A stretch of DNA of 21,437 bases, taken from NCBI GenBank assembly GCA_046598045.1, contig JBKJJJ010000063.1, positions 1 to 21,437 of the forward strand, given 5' to 3'. Below the pieces are notes generated by a model that saw only the letters and a list, made by a program, of their open reading frames with translations, made no database searches and was not told where the DNA came from. Both the position numbers and the translations under genes were made by a program. The stretch is from Candidatus Eiseniibacteriota bacterium (GTDB lineage: Bacteria; Eisenbacteria; RBG-16-71-46; DASYSL01). Shown here in pieces: positions 1 through 8,770 of the stretch. Numbering within the stretch: the first letter of the stretch is position 1; each line of letters starts with the position of its first letter.

Positions 1-205
1 GGCGGCCGTCGGGACCGCGCTCCGCGTTACCGGCCTCGACCCATACCGCGCCGCGCGTGACCAGCGACTCGGTGAGGCGGTACATCGTGTACTCGTCGCT
101 CGAGGTGATGCGCCCGCCCGCGGTCAAAAGGAACAGGAGCGTCAGCGCCACGCCGACGCGCAGCGCGACCGCGGGCGCGTGCAGGGCACGCGGGTCGGCT
201 CTCAC
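1..205 (-). CDS. 5' part of a membrane protein, probable GT-C fold (PMT_2/GT39-like) glycosyltransferase; runs off the left edge
   Basis: Not in the ORF track. GTG at 203-205 overlaps the upstream TGA (GTGA). Manual translation: MRADPRALHAPAVALRVGVALTLLFLLTAGGRITSSDEYTMYRLTESLVTRGAVWVEAGNAERGPDGR. One TM helix followed by an acidic SSDE loop is typical of GT-C N-termini. Confidence 0.6.
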   Translation of the reverse strand, partial: MRADPRALHAPAVALRVGVALTLLFLLTAGGRITSSDEYTMYRLTESLVTRGAVWVEAGNAERGPDGR

Positions 206-1344
206 TGCGCGCGCCGCGCCGCGCGCGCGTCTTCGATCAGTGCCGTAAGGCCGTCGACGACCGCGCCCCAGGAGAAGCGCTTCGCCGCGCGCGCGACCCC
301 GGCCTCGAGCGGTGCGCGTCCCCCCTGGCCGTAAAAACGAAGAATCGCGGCGGCGAGCGCATCGGGGTCCTCGGGCGGAACGAGGAAGCCGGTCACGCCC
401 TCATCGACCACCTCCGGCAGGCCGCCGACCGCCGTCGAGATCACGGGGCACCCCCCGGCGTACGCCACGAGCACGACGCCGCTCTGGGTCGCCGAGCGGT
501 ACGGCAGCACCACGCAATCAGCCGCCGCGACGAGGTCCGAGACCTCCTCGTCGGCGACGTAGCGATCGTAGACGCGCACGCGGTCCGCGAGCCCCAGCGC
601 GGCAATGCGCGCCCGGATCGGGGCGACCGGCTCGTAGAACTCGCCCGCCACGACGAGCGTGACGGCGCGGCGCGCGAGCACCTTCGGCATGGCCTCGATC
701 AGCACGTCGAGGCCCTTGTACTGGCGCACGAATCCGAAGAACAGGAGCAGGTCCCCCTCGATCCCGACGCGCGCGCGCGCCGAGGCCTGGTCCCGGCCCG
801 CCGCGCCGTACTGCGCGTACACCGGGTGCGGCGCGCGGCGCACGGGCATGCCCGGCAGCAGGCGGCGCACGTCCTCCTCGACCGCTTGCGACATCACGAG
901 CACGCCGTCCGTGCGATCGGTCACCAGCTTCGTCAGGAAGCCGTCGAACGGACGCTGCTCGTGCGGCACGAGGTTGTCGGCGATCATGAGTGTCACGGCG
1001 CCTCCCTTCCTCGCGCCCCCCAGCACGGGCGCGAACGCCGGGCCAAAGAACGGGATCCACCACTTGTAGACCAGCGCGTCGAGCTTCAGTTCCCGCGCGC
1101 GCGCGGCCGTCCTGCGCCACGACAGCGGGTTCATGGGATCGAGCAGGCGCTCGTTCGGGACCGCCAGCGGCGCGCTCGACGGGTCGATCTGGCTCTGCCC
1201 CGGGAACAGGAACGAGGGGTATTGCCGGAGCAGGGACAGGTAGTGCACCTCGTGCGACTTCGCCAACTCGCCGGCGAGCAGCGCGAGGTACTGGCTGATC
1301 CCGCCGCGCAACGGGTGCGCGGGCCCGAGGAGCCCGATCTTCAC
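202..1344 (-). CDS. GT4 (GT-B fold) glycosyltransferase
   Basis: GTG start gives MKIGLLGPAHPLRGGISQY. Motifs LLFFGFVRQYKGLDVLIEA, VVLPYRSATQSGV and PVISTAVGGLPEVVDEGVTGFLVPPEDPDALA. Confidence 0.9.
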   Translation of the reverse strand: MKIGLLGPAHPLRGGISQYLALLAGELAKSHEVHYLSLLRQYPSFLFPGQSQIDPSSAPLAVPNERLLDPMNPLSWRRTAARARELKLDALVYKWWIPFFGPAFAPVLGGARKGGAVTLMIADNLVPHEQRPFDGFLTKLVTDRTDGVLVMSQAVEEDVRRLLPGMPVRRAPHPVYAQYGAAGRDQASARARVGIEGDLLLFFGFVRQYKGLDVLIEAMPKVLARRAVTLVVAGEFYEPVAPIRARIAALGLADRVRVYDRYVADEEVSDLVAAADCVVLPYRSATQSGVVLVAYAGGCPVISTAVGGLPEVVDEGVTGFLVPPEDPDALAAAILRFYGQGGRAPLEAGVARAAKRFSWGAVVDGLTALIEDARAARRAQ

Positions 1345-1348
1345 GCGC

Positions 1349-2407
1349 TCAGCCCCGCGGGGAGGCGGCGCGCGCGGGGCGCCGCGCGGTCGAGCGGTCG
1401 GCAGTCCAGGTCGTGACCCCCTCTTGCGTGAACGCGAACGGCACGAGTTGCGCCCCGGCATCCTCGAGGGCCCGCGCGACCTTCGCGCGCGCGTGCGCCT
1501 TGCACAGGAACACGAAGTAGCCGCCGCCGCCCGCGCCCGGCATCTTGCCACCGATCGCGCCCGCCTTGCGCGCGGCCTCGTAGAGCGCGTCCACGGGCTC
1601 GGTCGTGATGCCGCGATCGAGCCGCTTCTTCGACAGCCAGGCCTCGTGCAGCGCCTCGCCGAAGGCGTCGATCCTGCCGAGCAGCAGAAGGCGCTTCATC
1701 TCGAACGTCAGCGTCTTGAGATCGTCGAGCGCGCGCACGACCTCGCGCTTGCCGGCCTCGAAGCTGGCCCGCTGGCGCTCGATGATCTTCGCGCTCGAGC
1801 GCGTCTGGCGCAGGTACGCGAGCACCATGCGGTACTCCAGCTCGTGCAGCGTGTCGGGGGCGATGCGCAGCGGGTTGACCACCGTCGAGTCCGCGTGGAA
1901 CTCGATGAAGTTGAACCCGCCGAACGTCGCCGCGTAATGGTCCTGCCGTCCGCCCGCGATGCCGAGGTCGACGCGCTCGATGCGGTACGCCAGCTCGGCC
2001 ATCTCATAGGGGGTGAACTTGCGCGACAGCCAGGTCTTGAGCGCAGAGGCCACGGCGACCGCCATGGTCGAGGACGAGCCGAGGCCCGAGCCCGGAGGCG
2101 CGTCGGAGTGCACGTACAGGTCCGCGCCGCGCTTGGGGTGGAACGCGCGCACCACGCCCTTGATCAGGTCGAGGTTGCCGTCGAGCGCGATCTTCCTCGC
2201 GTGCGGATACTTCGCGACGAAGTCGAAGTCCAGCGAGTGGATCCCGAAGCGCGCGTCGCGCCGCGGTTCGATCGAGGCGTAGGCGTACTTGTCGATCGTG
2301 GTCGAGAGCACGACGCCGCCACGCTGTTCGGGGTAGGGCGACACGTCCGTGCCGCCGCCGCAGAACGACAGCCGGAGCGGCGCGCGCGCGCGCACGACGA
2401 GGCTCAC
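1349..2407 (-). CDS. hddA: GHMP-family sugar kinase, D-glycero-alpha-D-manno-heptose-7-phosphate kinase-like
   Basis: RAPLRLSFCGGGTD, PPGSGLGSSS (GHMP motif), GGRQDHYAATFGGFNFIEF, GGKMPGAGGGG. GTGA overlap with the upstream gene. Substrate is inferred from the subfamily. Confidence 0.8.
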   Translation of the reverse strand: MSLVVRARAPLRLSFCGGGTDVSPYPEQRGGVVLSTTIDKYAYASIEPRRDARFGIHSLDFDFVAKYPHARKIALDGNLDLIKGVVRAFHPKRGADLYVHSDAPPGSGLGSSSTMAVAVASALKTWLSRKFTPYEMAELAYRIERVDLGIAGGRQDHYAATFGGFNFIEFHADSTVVNPLRIAPDTLHELEYRMVLAYLRQTRSSAKIIERQRASFEAGKREVVRALDDLKTLTFEMKRLLLLGRIDAFGEALHEAWLSKKRLDRGITTEPVDALYEAARKAGAIGGKMPGAGGGGYFVFLCKAHARAKVARALEDAGAQLVPFAFTQEGVTTWTADRSTARRPARAASPRG

Positions 2408-3135
2408 GACGACGTCCGGCCGCGCGCGAGCGCGGCCTCCGCATCGGCGCGGCCCGCCGGCGTTCCCATGTCCCAGAAGCGCCCGGGCGCGCGCCACGCG
2501 CCGAGTGTGTGCCCCGCGGAGAGCAGCGCGGGAAAAACGTCGGTCTCGAGGCTCGTCGCGTTCGTGTCGCCCTCTCCGTCCGCCGCGACACCGGCGAGCG
2601 CGCGCGGCTCGAGCGCGTACACGCCGCCGGAGACCCGGCCGGGCCCGGTCCCGGTCTTCTCGCGGAAGCCGAGCAGGCGGCCGTCGTCCGATGTGTCGAC
2701 GGTGCCGCGCGCGGCGGTTTCGTCGACGCGATAGCAGGCGAGCGTCGCGTCGGCGTCGAGACCGAGGTGGAGCGCGAGCAGCGCGTCCGGGTCGAACTCC
2801 GCCCACGTGTCCCCGTTGAGCGCGAGGAAGGTCTCGTCGTCATGTCCCACCTGCTTGCGCGCGAGCACGAGCGCGCCCGCGGTGCCGCGCGGCGCGTCCT
2901 CGACCACGGAGCGGGCGCGGACGCCGAAGCGTGCGCCATCGGCGACGTGATCGAGCAGCGGCGCAGCCTGGTGCCCTGCGCACAGCACGACGTCGGTCAG
3001 CCCGCGCGCGGCGAGCCCCTCCAGCACGTGGTCGACGAACGGGCGCCCCGCGACCGGGACCATGAGCTTGGGACGATCCGGGAACATCCCCGCGATGCGC
3101 GTGCCCAGCCCGCCTGCGAGCACGAAGACGGTCAT
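2404..3135 (-). CDS. hddC: Sugar-1-phosphate nucleotidyltransferase (HddC / mannose-1-P guanylyltransferase-like)
   Basis: MTVFVLAGGLGTR, PKLMVPVAGRPF, PRGTAGAL, LNGDT, FWDMGTP. Short single-domain form next to the HddA-like kinase. ATGA overlap. Confidence 0.7.
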   Translation of the reverse strand: MTVFVLAGGLGTRIAGMFPDRPKLMVPVAGRPFVDHVLEGLAARGLTDVVLCAGHQAAPLLDHVADGARFGVRARSVVEDAPRGTAGALVLARKQVGHDDETFLALNGDTWAEFDPDALLALHLGLDADATLACYRVDETAARGTVDTSDDGRLLGFREKTGTGPGRVSGGVYALEPRALAGVAADGEGDTNATSLETDVFPALLSAGHTLGAWRAPGRFWDMGTPAGRADAEAALARGRTSS

Positions 3136-4184
3136 CGCGCTCCGCCGTCCGCGGACGCGTCGTCGCCCAGGTTCGCGGTGAAGCGCACGGGCCAGTCGGT
3201 CTTCGGTCTCCCGGCAGCGATCATCTCCCCGAGCAGGCCCATCAGCAGCAACTGGACCGCGACCACGATCAGCACGAGGCCGAGCACGAACACCGGGCGG
3301 ACCCGCACGGGTTCGCGCGCGAGCCACGTGCCGAAGAACCACAGGCTGATGAGCGCGCCGGTGCCGCCCGAGAGCAGCGCCATGCGGCCGAACACATGCA
3401 GCGGCTTGAGTGCGTTGCGCGAGAGGAACATCGCGGCGATCAGGTCGAGGAACCCGTTGATGAAACGCGAGGCGCCGAACTTGCTCTTGCCGAAGCGGCG
3501 CGCGTGGTGGGTGACCGCCACCTCGCCTACGCGGAACCCGCGCCAGTACGCGAGCGCGGGCAGGAAGCGATGGAACTCGCCGTAGACCTCGATCGACTCC
3601 ACGACCTCGCGCCGGTAGAGCTTGAGGCCGCAGTTGAAGTCGTGCAGCTTGAGGCCGCACATCCAGGCGGTGACGGCGTTGAACAGCTTCGAGGGCCAGG
3701 TCTTGGTCCACGGGTCGTGCCGCACCTGCTTCCAGCCCGAGACCAGGTCGAGGCCCTGCGACTCGAGCGCCTCGAGCAGGCGCGAGAGCTCGGCGGGGTC
3801 GTCCTGCAGGTCGCCGTCGAGCGTCATCACGTAGCGCCCGCGCGCGCGCGCGAACGCGACCGCGAGCGCGGCCGACTTGCCGAAGTTGCGCCGGAACGAG
3901 ATCACCTTCACCGCCCGGTCCTCGGCCGCGAGCATCTTGAGGATGCGTGGCGTGTCGTCGGTCGAGCCGTCGTCCACGAACAGGATCTCGTAGCGCAGGC
4001 CCGCCGCGCCGGCGGCGGCGCGCATGCGGTTGTAGAGCTCGGGCAGGCTCTCCGCCTCGTTGTACACGGGGATGACGGCCGACAGGTCGGGGCCTGGTTC
4101 CGCGGCGCGCGGCACAGGCAGGGCGGCTTGCGGAGCGGGAGACGCGGCTGCCGGCTGCTTCAGGCCCGAGAACAGGTCCGTCAT
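3132..4184 (-). CDS. GT2 polyprenyl-phosphate glycosyltransferase (DPM1/ArnC-like) with two C-terminal TM helices
   Basis: VIPVYNEAESL, VDDGSTD, FRRNFGKSAAL, TLDGDLQDDP, LHDFNCGLKLYR, YGEFHRFLP, HHARRFGKSKFG. SD GGGAG before the ATG. Confidence 0.88.
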   Translation of the reverse strand: MTDLFSGLKQPAAASPAPQAALPVPRAAEPGPDLSAVIPVYNEAESLPELYNRMRAAAGAAGLRYEILFVDDGSTDDTPRILKMLAAEDRAVKVISFRRNFGKSAALAVAFARARGRYVMTLDGDLQDDPAELSRLLEALESQGLDLVSGWKQVRHDPWTKTWPSKLFNAVTAWMCGLKLHDFNCGLKLYRREVVESIEVYGEFHRFLPALAYWRGFRVGEVAVTHHARRFGKSKFGASRFINGFLDLIAAMFLSRNALKPLHVFGRMALLSGGTGALISLWFFGTWLAREPVRVRPVFVLGLVLIVVAVQLLLMGLLGEMIAAGRPKTDWPVRFTANLGDDASADGGAR

Positions 4185-5140
4185 GCTCCCTCCCTCTGCC
4201 AGGCGACCTGGCGCGCGAGCCCCTCGGCGAGCGCGACCGTCGGCGACCACGCGAGATCCGCGCGCGCGCGGCTGATGTTCGCGCCGGTGTCACGCGGATC
4301 GCCCGGCTGCGCCCCGGCGTGCTCGATGATCGGCGCGATGCCCGCGATGCGCGCGAGCTCGCCCAGCACATGGTTGACCGAGACGCGCGAGCCGCCGCCG
4401 ATGTTGTAGGTCCGGCCCGCCGTCCCGCGCTCGGCCGCCGCGAGGTTCGCGGCCACGGCGTCGGCGACGAACGTGAAATCGCGCGTCTGTTCGCCGTCCC
4501 CGTAGACCGTGATCGGTCGCGCGGCCAGAAGCGCGGTGATGAACCGGTGGAAGCCCATGTCCGGCCGCTGCCGGGGACCGTACACCGTGAAGTAGCGCAG
4601 CGCCACGGCCGGCAGCCCGAAGTTGCGCGCATAGAGCAGCGCGAGGTGCTCGGCGGCGAGCTTGGTCACGCCGTAGGGCGAGAACGGGCGCGGCAGGTCG
4701 TCCTCCCCCGTCGGCAGGCGCTCGGCGTCCCCGTAGACCGACGACGACGAGGCCACGACCACGCGCTCGACTCCCGCATCCCGGTAGCGCTCGAGCAGGC
4801 GCTGGGTTGCGAGCACGTTGTGGCGTGCATAGGACTCGAAATCGCGCCCCCACGAGGCCCGCACGCCGGCCTGCGCCGCCTGGTGGAACACCCAGCGCGG
4901 GCGCTCCGGCAACCCGGCGAGATCCGCGCCCGAGAGGTCGAGCTCGAGCAGGCGAAAGCCGGGTTGAGCGAGCAAACCCTGGACGTTCTTGCGCTTGATC
5001 GCCGGGTCGTAGTAATCGGTGAAGCAGTCGACGCCGACGACCTCGAACCCGCGCGCGACCAGCGCCTCGCACAGGTGCGAGCCGATGAAGCCGGCCGCGC
5101 CTGTGACCAGGGCCTGCGAGGGGCGCGCGGCCACGCTCAC
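4181..5140 (-). CDS. NAD-dependent epimerase/dehydratase (extended SDR, UDP-glucuronate 4-epimerase-like)
   Basis: TGAAGFIG, DCFTDYY, HQAAQAGVRAS, SSSSVYG, YGVTK (YxxxK), RYFTVYGPRQRPDM. GTGA overlap start. Confidence 0.88.
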   Translation of the reverse strand: MSVAARPSQALVTGAAGFIGSHLCEALVARGFEVVGVDCFTDYYDPAIKRKNVQGLLAQPGFRLLELDLSGADLAGLPERPRWVFHQAAQAGVRASWGRDFESYARHNVLATQRLLERYRDAGVERVVVASSSSVYGDAERLPTGEDDLPRPFSPYGVTKLAAEHLALLYARNFGLPAVALRYFTVYGPRQRPDMGFHRFITALLAARPITVYGDGEQTRDFTFVADAVAANLAAAERGTAGRTYNIGGGSRVSVNHVLGELARIAGIAPIIEHAGAQPGDPRDTGANISRARADLAWSPTVALAEGLARQVAWQREGA

Positions 5141-7647
5141 GGCGCGCTGGAGCCCGGGATCCCGCCCAGGCCGGCGCCCGGGCCGCCCGGCGGCGAGAGC
5201 GACGACGTCCGTCCCTCGAGCTGGGCCAGCAGGCGGGTCGCCGTCGGGTCGTCCGGGTTCCGCGCGAGCCAGCGCTTGAGCACGTCGGCCGCCTGTTGCG
5301 GCCGCCCGTTGTCCATGCACAGCGAGTAGACCGCGAAGTAGAACTGCCCGTCGTCCGGCGCGAGTTCGATCGCATCGTTCAGGCGCTTGAGCGCGCGGTC
5401 GGTCTGGCCGACGATGCCGAGCGTGATGCCGTGATAGTAAGCGAGGTCGGGATCGTTCGGCGTGACCTTGAGCGACTGGTCGAAGAACGCGAGGCCCTTC
5501 GCCGTGTCGCCGACCTCGAGGTAGAACATGCCGAGCGCCGGCCGCACCGCCGGGAACGTCGGGTACATGCGGATGATGCGCTCGAGCTCGGCCACGGCTT
5601 CCTTGCGCCGGCCATCGAGCCGGTAGCGGAACCCGAGCTGCATGTGCGCCGCCGCGTAGTTCTGCGTCAGGCGGTAGGCGTTCTCGTCCTTGTAGGGCGT
5701 CGGCAGGTACGTGCCGTTGGGCGAGAACAGGCCGCGGTAGCGGAACACGCTGTACAGGCTGTGGCTCGTGCGGGTGGTGTCGATGCGCACCTTCACCGAG
5801 TCGTCGTGCACGCGATACACCAGGCCCTCGAGCTGGAGCCGGGGATCGAGACCCATGTGGTTCGGCACCGTGACCGCGAGGTACGCGGGATGCGCATTTG
5901 CACCCGTGTTCGCGCGGATGATGTTGCGCACCATCCAGGTGTTGACCGCCTCGGGATTGCCGGCGTCGTCGAACAGGTAGCCGCGGGTCGCGATGTCGTG
6001 CAGGACCGCGTCGCTCACCGTCATCGGGACCTTCGGGTTCTCGTCGCGCAGTTGCTTGATGTACCAGTCGGTGTTGAGCAGCGAGAGGTTGACGACGCGC
6101 ACGTCGGTGCGCACCTTGTCCACGGCCTGCGTACACCACAGCGGGAACGTGTCGTTGTCGCCGTTGGTGAACACGAACGCGTTCTTCTCGAGCGGCGCCA
6201 GCATGTTGTACGCGTAGTCGCTCGCGATGTAGAAGCCGCGCCGGTCGTGGGCGAACCCGTAGGTCTTGACCGGCAGCCACGAGATCGCCACCGCCGCGAT
6301 GCAGGCGGCGGCGAAGGGCACGCTCACGCGGCCCCGGTCCTCCTCCTTCATCGCGTCCTTGATCAGCTCGAGCACGAAGCCCGCCCCCATGCCGATCCAG
6401 ATCGCGAAGAAGTGGAATGCCGAGGTGAAGAAATAGTCGCGGTCGCGCACCTCGTGGTCGGTGAAGTTGAGGTAGACGATCAGGCCGAAGCTGGTGATCC
6501 CGAACAGGCAGAGCATGGTCAGGAACGTCTTCTTCTCACGCAGGAACTGCATGAACGCGCCGTAGAGCCCGAGCGCGACCGGGATCACGCTCGCGATCTG
6601 GCCCGACAATGGCCACAGGCGATACTGGTCGAGAAAGTAGCTCAGGAACATCTGGTTGAGCTGGAAGCTCCACGGTGCGACCCGCGGGAACATCGGGCGC
6701 GATCCGTACTGCTTGCGCTGGAGCAGGTACATCATCGATTGCCAGCTCTCGGGGTCGCCCTCGTTGATCGCGGGATTGAGCTTCGCGCGCATGATCAGGT
6801 AGAGGTGGACCGAGATGCCGACACCGAGCAGGACCAGGGCCCAGCCGAACAGCTTGAGCAGCACGACGGAGCGCTGGAGCAGAACGGCCGCGAGCGTGAA
6901 CCCGAAGAGCGCGGCATAGAACCAGGTGTCCGGGGAGCTCACCTGCGCACCTGCGGCGAGGGAGCGCACGAGCACGGAAAGCAGCACGACACCGAGCGAG
7001 AACAGCGTGAACCGCCAGAAGCTCTGGCGCACCAGCAACGCGAGCAGGACGACCGCGGGCGCGACCAGGAACGTGCCCAGGTGGATGCCGATGCACAGGC
7101 ACATCAGGTACCACGCGAGCAGGAGGCGGCCCTCGCCGCCGTCGTTGCCCAGCTCCTCCCACCAGCGCAGCGCCAGGTAGACGGAGATGATCTGCACCAT
7201 CGAGGACAGCGCGTAGACCTCGGCCTCGATCGCGGACTCCCAGAACGTGTTCGAGAACGCGACGAAGAACGCGGCCATCGCGCCGGCAGTCCACGCGATG
7301 ATCTCGTCGCTCGTCGTGCGCTCGCCCTTGCGCGCCTGGGCGATGCGCATGAAGCGAACCGTGACGAGGAACGTGAACAGCACCGCAATCGCCGACGCGA
7401 GCGCGGACAGCCAGTTGACCTGGAACTCGATATTGCCGAAGGGGAGCATGGCGAACAGTCGCCCGATCAGCACGTAGAGCGGAGTGCCTGGAGGGTGCGG
7501 AATGCCCAACACCGCCGACGTGGCGATGAACTCGCCCGAATCCCAGAACGGGATGGACGGCGTGACGCCCGCCGTGTACACGGCGAGGGTCGACAGGAAG
7601 ACGAACGCGGCCACCGCCAGGTAGCCCTTGCGCAACGATGCCGGCAT
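5137..7647 (-). CDS. DUF2723 / TMEM260-like multi-pass GT-C glycosyltransferase with C-terminal TPR repeats
   Basis: FWDSGEFIATSAVLGIPHPPGTPLY, FWESAIEAEVYALSS, EVRDRDYFF, FTNGDNDTFPLW, DVRVVNLSLLNTDWY. About ten hydrophobic segments. TPR-like helical repeats in the last ~150 aa. SD GGAGG before the ATG at 7647. Confidence 0.88.
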   Translation of the reverse strand: MPASLRKGYLAVAAFVFLSTLAVYTAGVTPSIPFWDSGEFIATSAVLGIPHPPGTPLYVLIGRLFAMLPFGNIEFQVNWLSALASAIAVLFTFLVTVRFMRIAQARKGERTTSDEIIAWTAGAMAAFFVAFSNTFWESAIEAEVYALSSMVQIISVYLALRWWEELGNDGGEGRLLLAWYLMCLCIGIHLGTFLVAPAVVLLALLVRQSFWRFTLFSLGVVLLSVLVRSLAAGAQVSSPDTWFYAALFGFTLAAVLLQRSVVLLKLFGWALVLLGVGISVHLYLIMRAKLNPAINEGDPESWQSMMYLLQRKQYGSRPMFPRVAPWSFQLNQMFLSYFLDQYRLWPLSGQIASVIPVALGLYGAFMQFLREKKTFLTMLCLFGITSFGLIVYLNFTDHEVRDRDYFFTSAFHFFAIWIGMGAGFVLELIKDAMKEEDRGRVSVPFAAACIAAVAISWLPVKTYGFAHDRRGFYIASDYAYNMLAPLEKNAFVFTNGDNDTFPLWCTQAVDKVRTDVRVVNLSLLNTDWYIKQLRDENPKVPMTVSDAVLHDIATRGYLFDDAGNPEAVNTWMVRNIIRANTGANAHPAYLAVTVPNHMGLDPRLQLEGLVYRVHDDSVKVRIDTTRTSHSLYSVFRYRGLFSPNGTYLPTPYKDENAYRLTQNYAAAHMQLGFRYRLDGRRKEAVAELERIIRMYPTFPAVRPALGMFYLEVGDTAKGLAFFDQSLKVTPNDPDLAYYHGITLGIVGQTDRALKRLNDAIELAPDDGQFYFAVYSLCMDNGRPQQAADVLKRWLARNPDDPTATRLLAQLEGRTSSLSPPGGPGAGLGGIPGSSAP

Positions 7648-7657
7648 GCTTCCTCCC

Positions 7658-8770
7658 TCAGGACTCCATCGACTGGACAGCGCGCTCGAGCACCTCGAAC
7701 GCCTCGTCGGCACAGCGCTCCCACGTGAATGTGCCCGCCCAGGCCACGCCCTTCGCCTCGAGACCCTCGCGCAGCACGCGGTCGGTGAGCACGCGCATCA
7801 GCGCGGCCGCCAGTGCGCGCGCGTCCCCGTGCGTCACCAGCAGGCCGGTCTCCCCGTCCTTCACCGAGTCCACGAGGCCGGGGCTCCGGCTCGCGATCAC
7901 GGCGGTGCCGCAGGCGTTCGACTCCACCACGGTCAGGCCCCAGCCCTCCTTCGGCGAGGGACAGACCGAGACGTGCGCCGAAGCGAGGCGCGCCACCTTC
8001 TCCTCGGCTGGGACGAATCCCACGAACTGCGCCGAGTCGCCCAGCCCGAGCCGCCGCGCGTGCGCCTCGAGTCGGGCGCGGTGCGGGCCGTCGCCCACGA
8101 TGCACAGCGCGGCCTCGGGCAGTTGCTTCTTCACCTCGGCGAACGCCTCGAGCAGGACGTCCACGCCCTTGTACTTGCGCAGGCGCCCGAGGAACACGAC
8201 CGTCGGCCGCGCCAGCTTGAGCGCGGTCGGGCGGAAGCGTTCGTGGTCGAGGCCGCAGTGCACGACCGAGACGTGGGAGGGGGCGATTCCGCGCTGCACG
8301 AGGTCGTCGCGCGTGCTCCCGGAGATCGCGAGGAACGGCGTCTGGCGATAGACCGTCGGCAGGAGCCGCTCGTGGGCCAGCACGTACATCGCCTGCAGCG
8401 GACCCGTCTCCGCATGGACCGTCGTGCCGAACAGGTGGGGCACGATCGCGAGCACCGGCGAGCGCGCCCAGCGCGGTGCGAGGAACGGGAGCTTGTTGAT
8501 GTCCTCGAGCACGGCGTCGAAGCGCTCCCCGCCGAGTTCGCGCTTGTAGGCCGCGGGCAGGGCGTGGTTCGCATCGTACCAGTGCCCGCGCCGGAGGACC
8601 CGGATGCCGTCGATCTCGACCTCGGGGGCGCCCCCCGGAAAGCCCGAGGCGAGCCAGGTCACGCGGTGCCCGCGCGCCACCCAGCGCTTGAGGATTTCGT
8701 GGAGATGAACCTCCGCGCCGCCGGCCTCCGGCGACTCCATGTCCCGCCAGTTGAGCGCGAGGAGGTTCAG
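7658..8770 (-). CDS. GT4 glycosyltransferase, apparent CTG start
   Basis: LNLLALNWRD...AGGAEVH, FLGRLRKYKGVD, SPKEGWGLTVVESNACGTAV (EX7E). CTG at 8768-8770 overlaps the upstream TGA and follows GGAGGGG. Confidence 0.87.
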   Translation of the reverse strand: MNLLALNWRDMESPEAGGAEVHLHEILKRWVARGHRVTWLASGFPGGAPEVEIDGIRVLRRGHWYDANHALPAAYKRELGGERFDAVLEDINKLPFLAPRWARSPVLAIVPHLFGTTVHAETGPLQAMYVLAHERLLPTVYRQTPFLAISGSTRDDLVQRGIAPSHVSVVHCGLDHERFRPTALKLARPTVVFLGRLRKYKGVDVLLEAFAEVKKQLPEAALCIVGDGPHRARLEAHARRLGLGDSAQFVGFVPAEEKVARLASAHVSVCPSPKEGWGLTVVESNACGTAVIASRSPGLVDSVKDGETGLLVTHGDARALAAALMRVLTDRVLREGLEAKGVAWAGTFTWERCADEAFEVLERAVQSMES

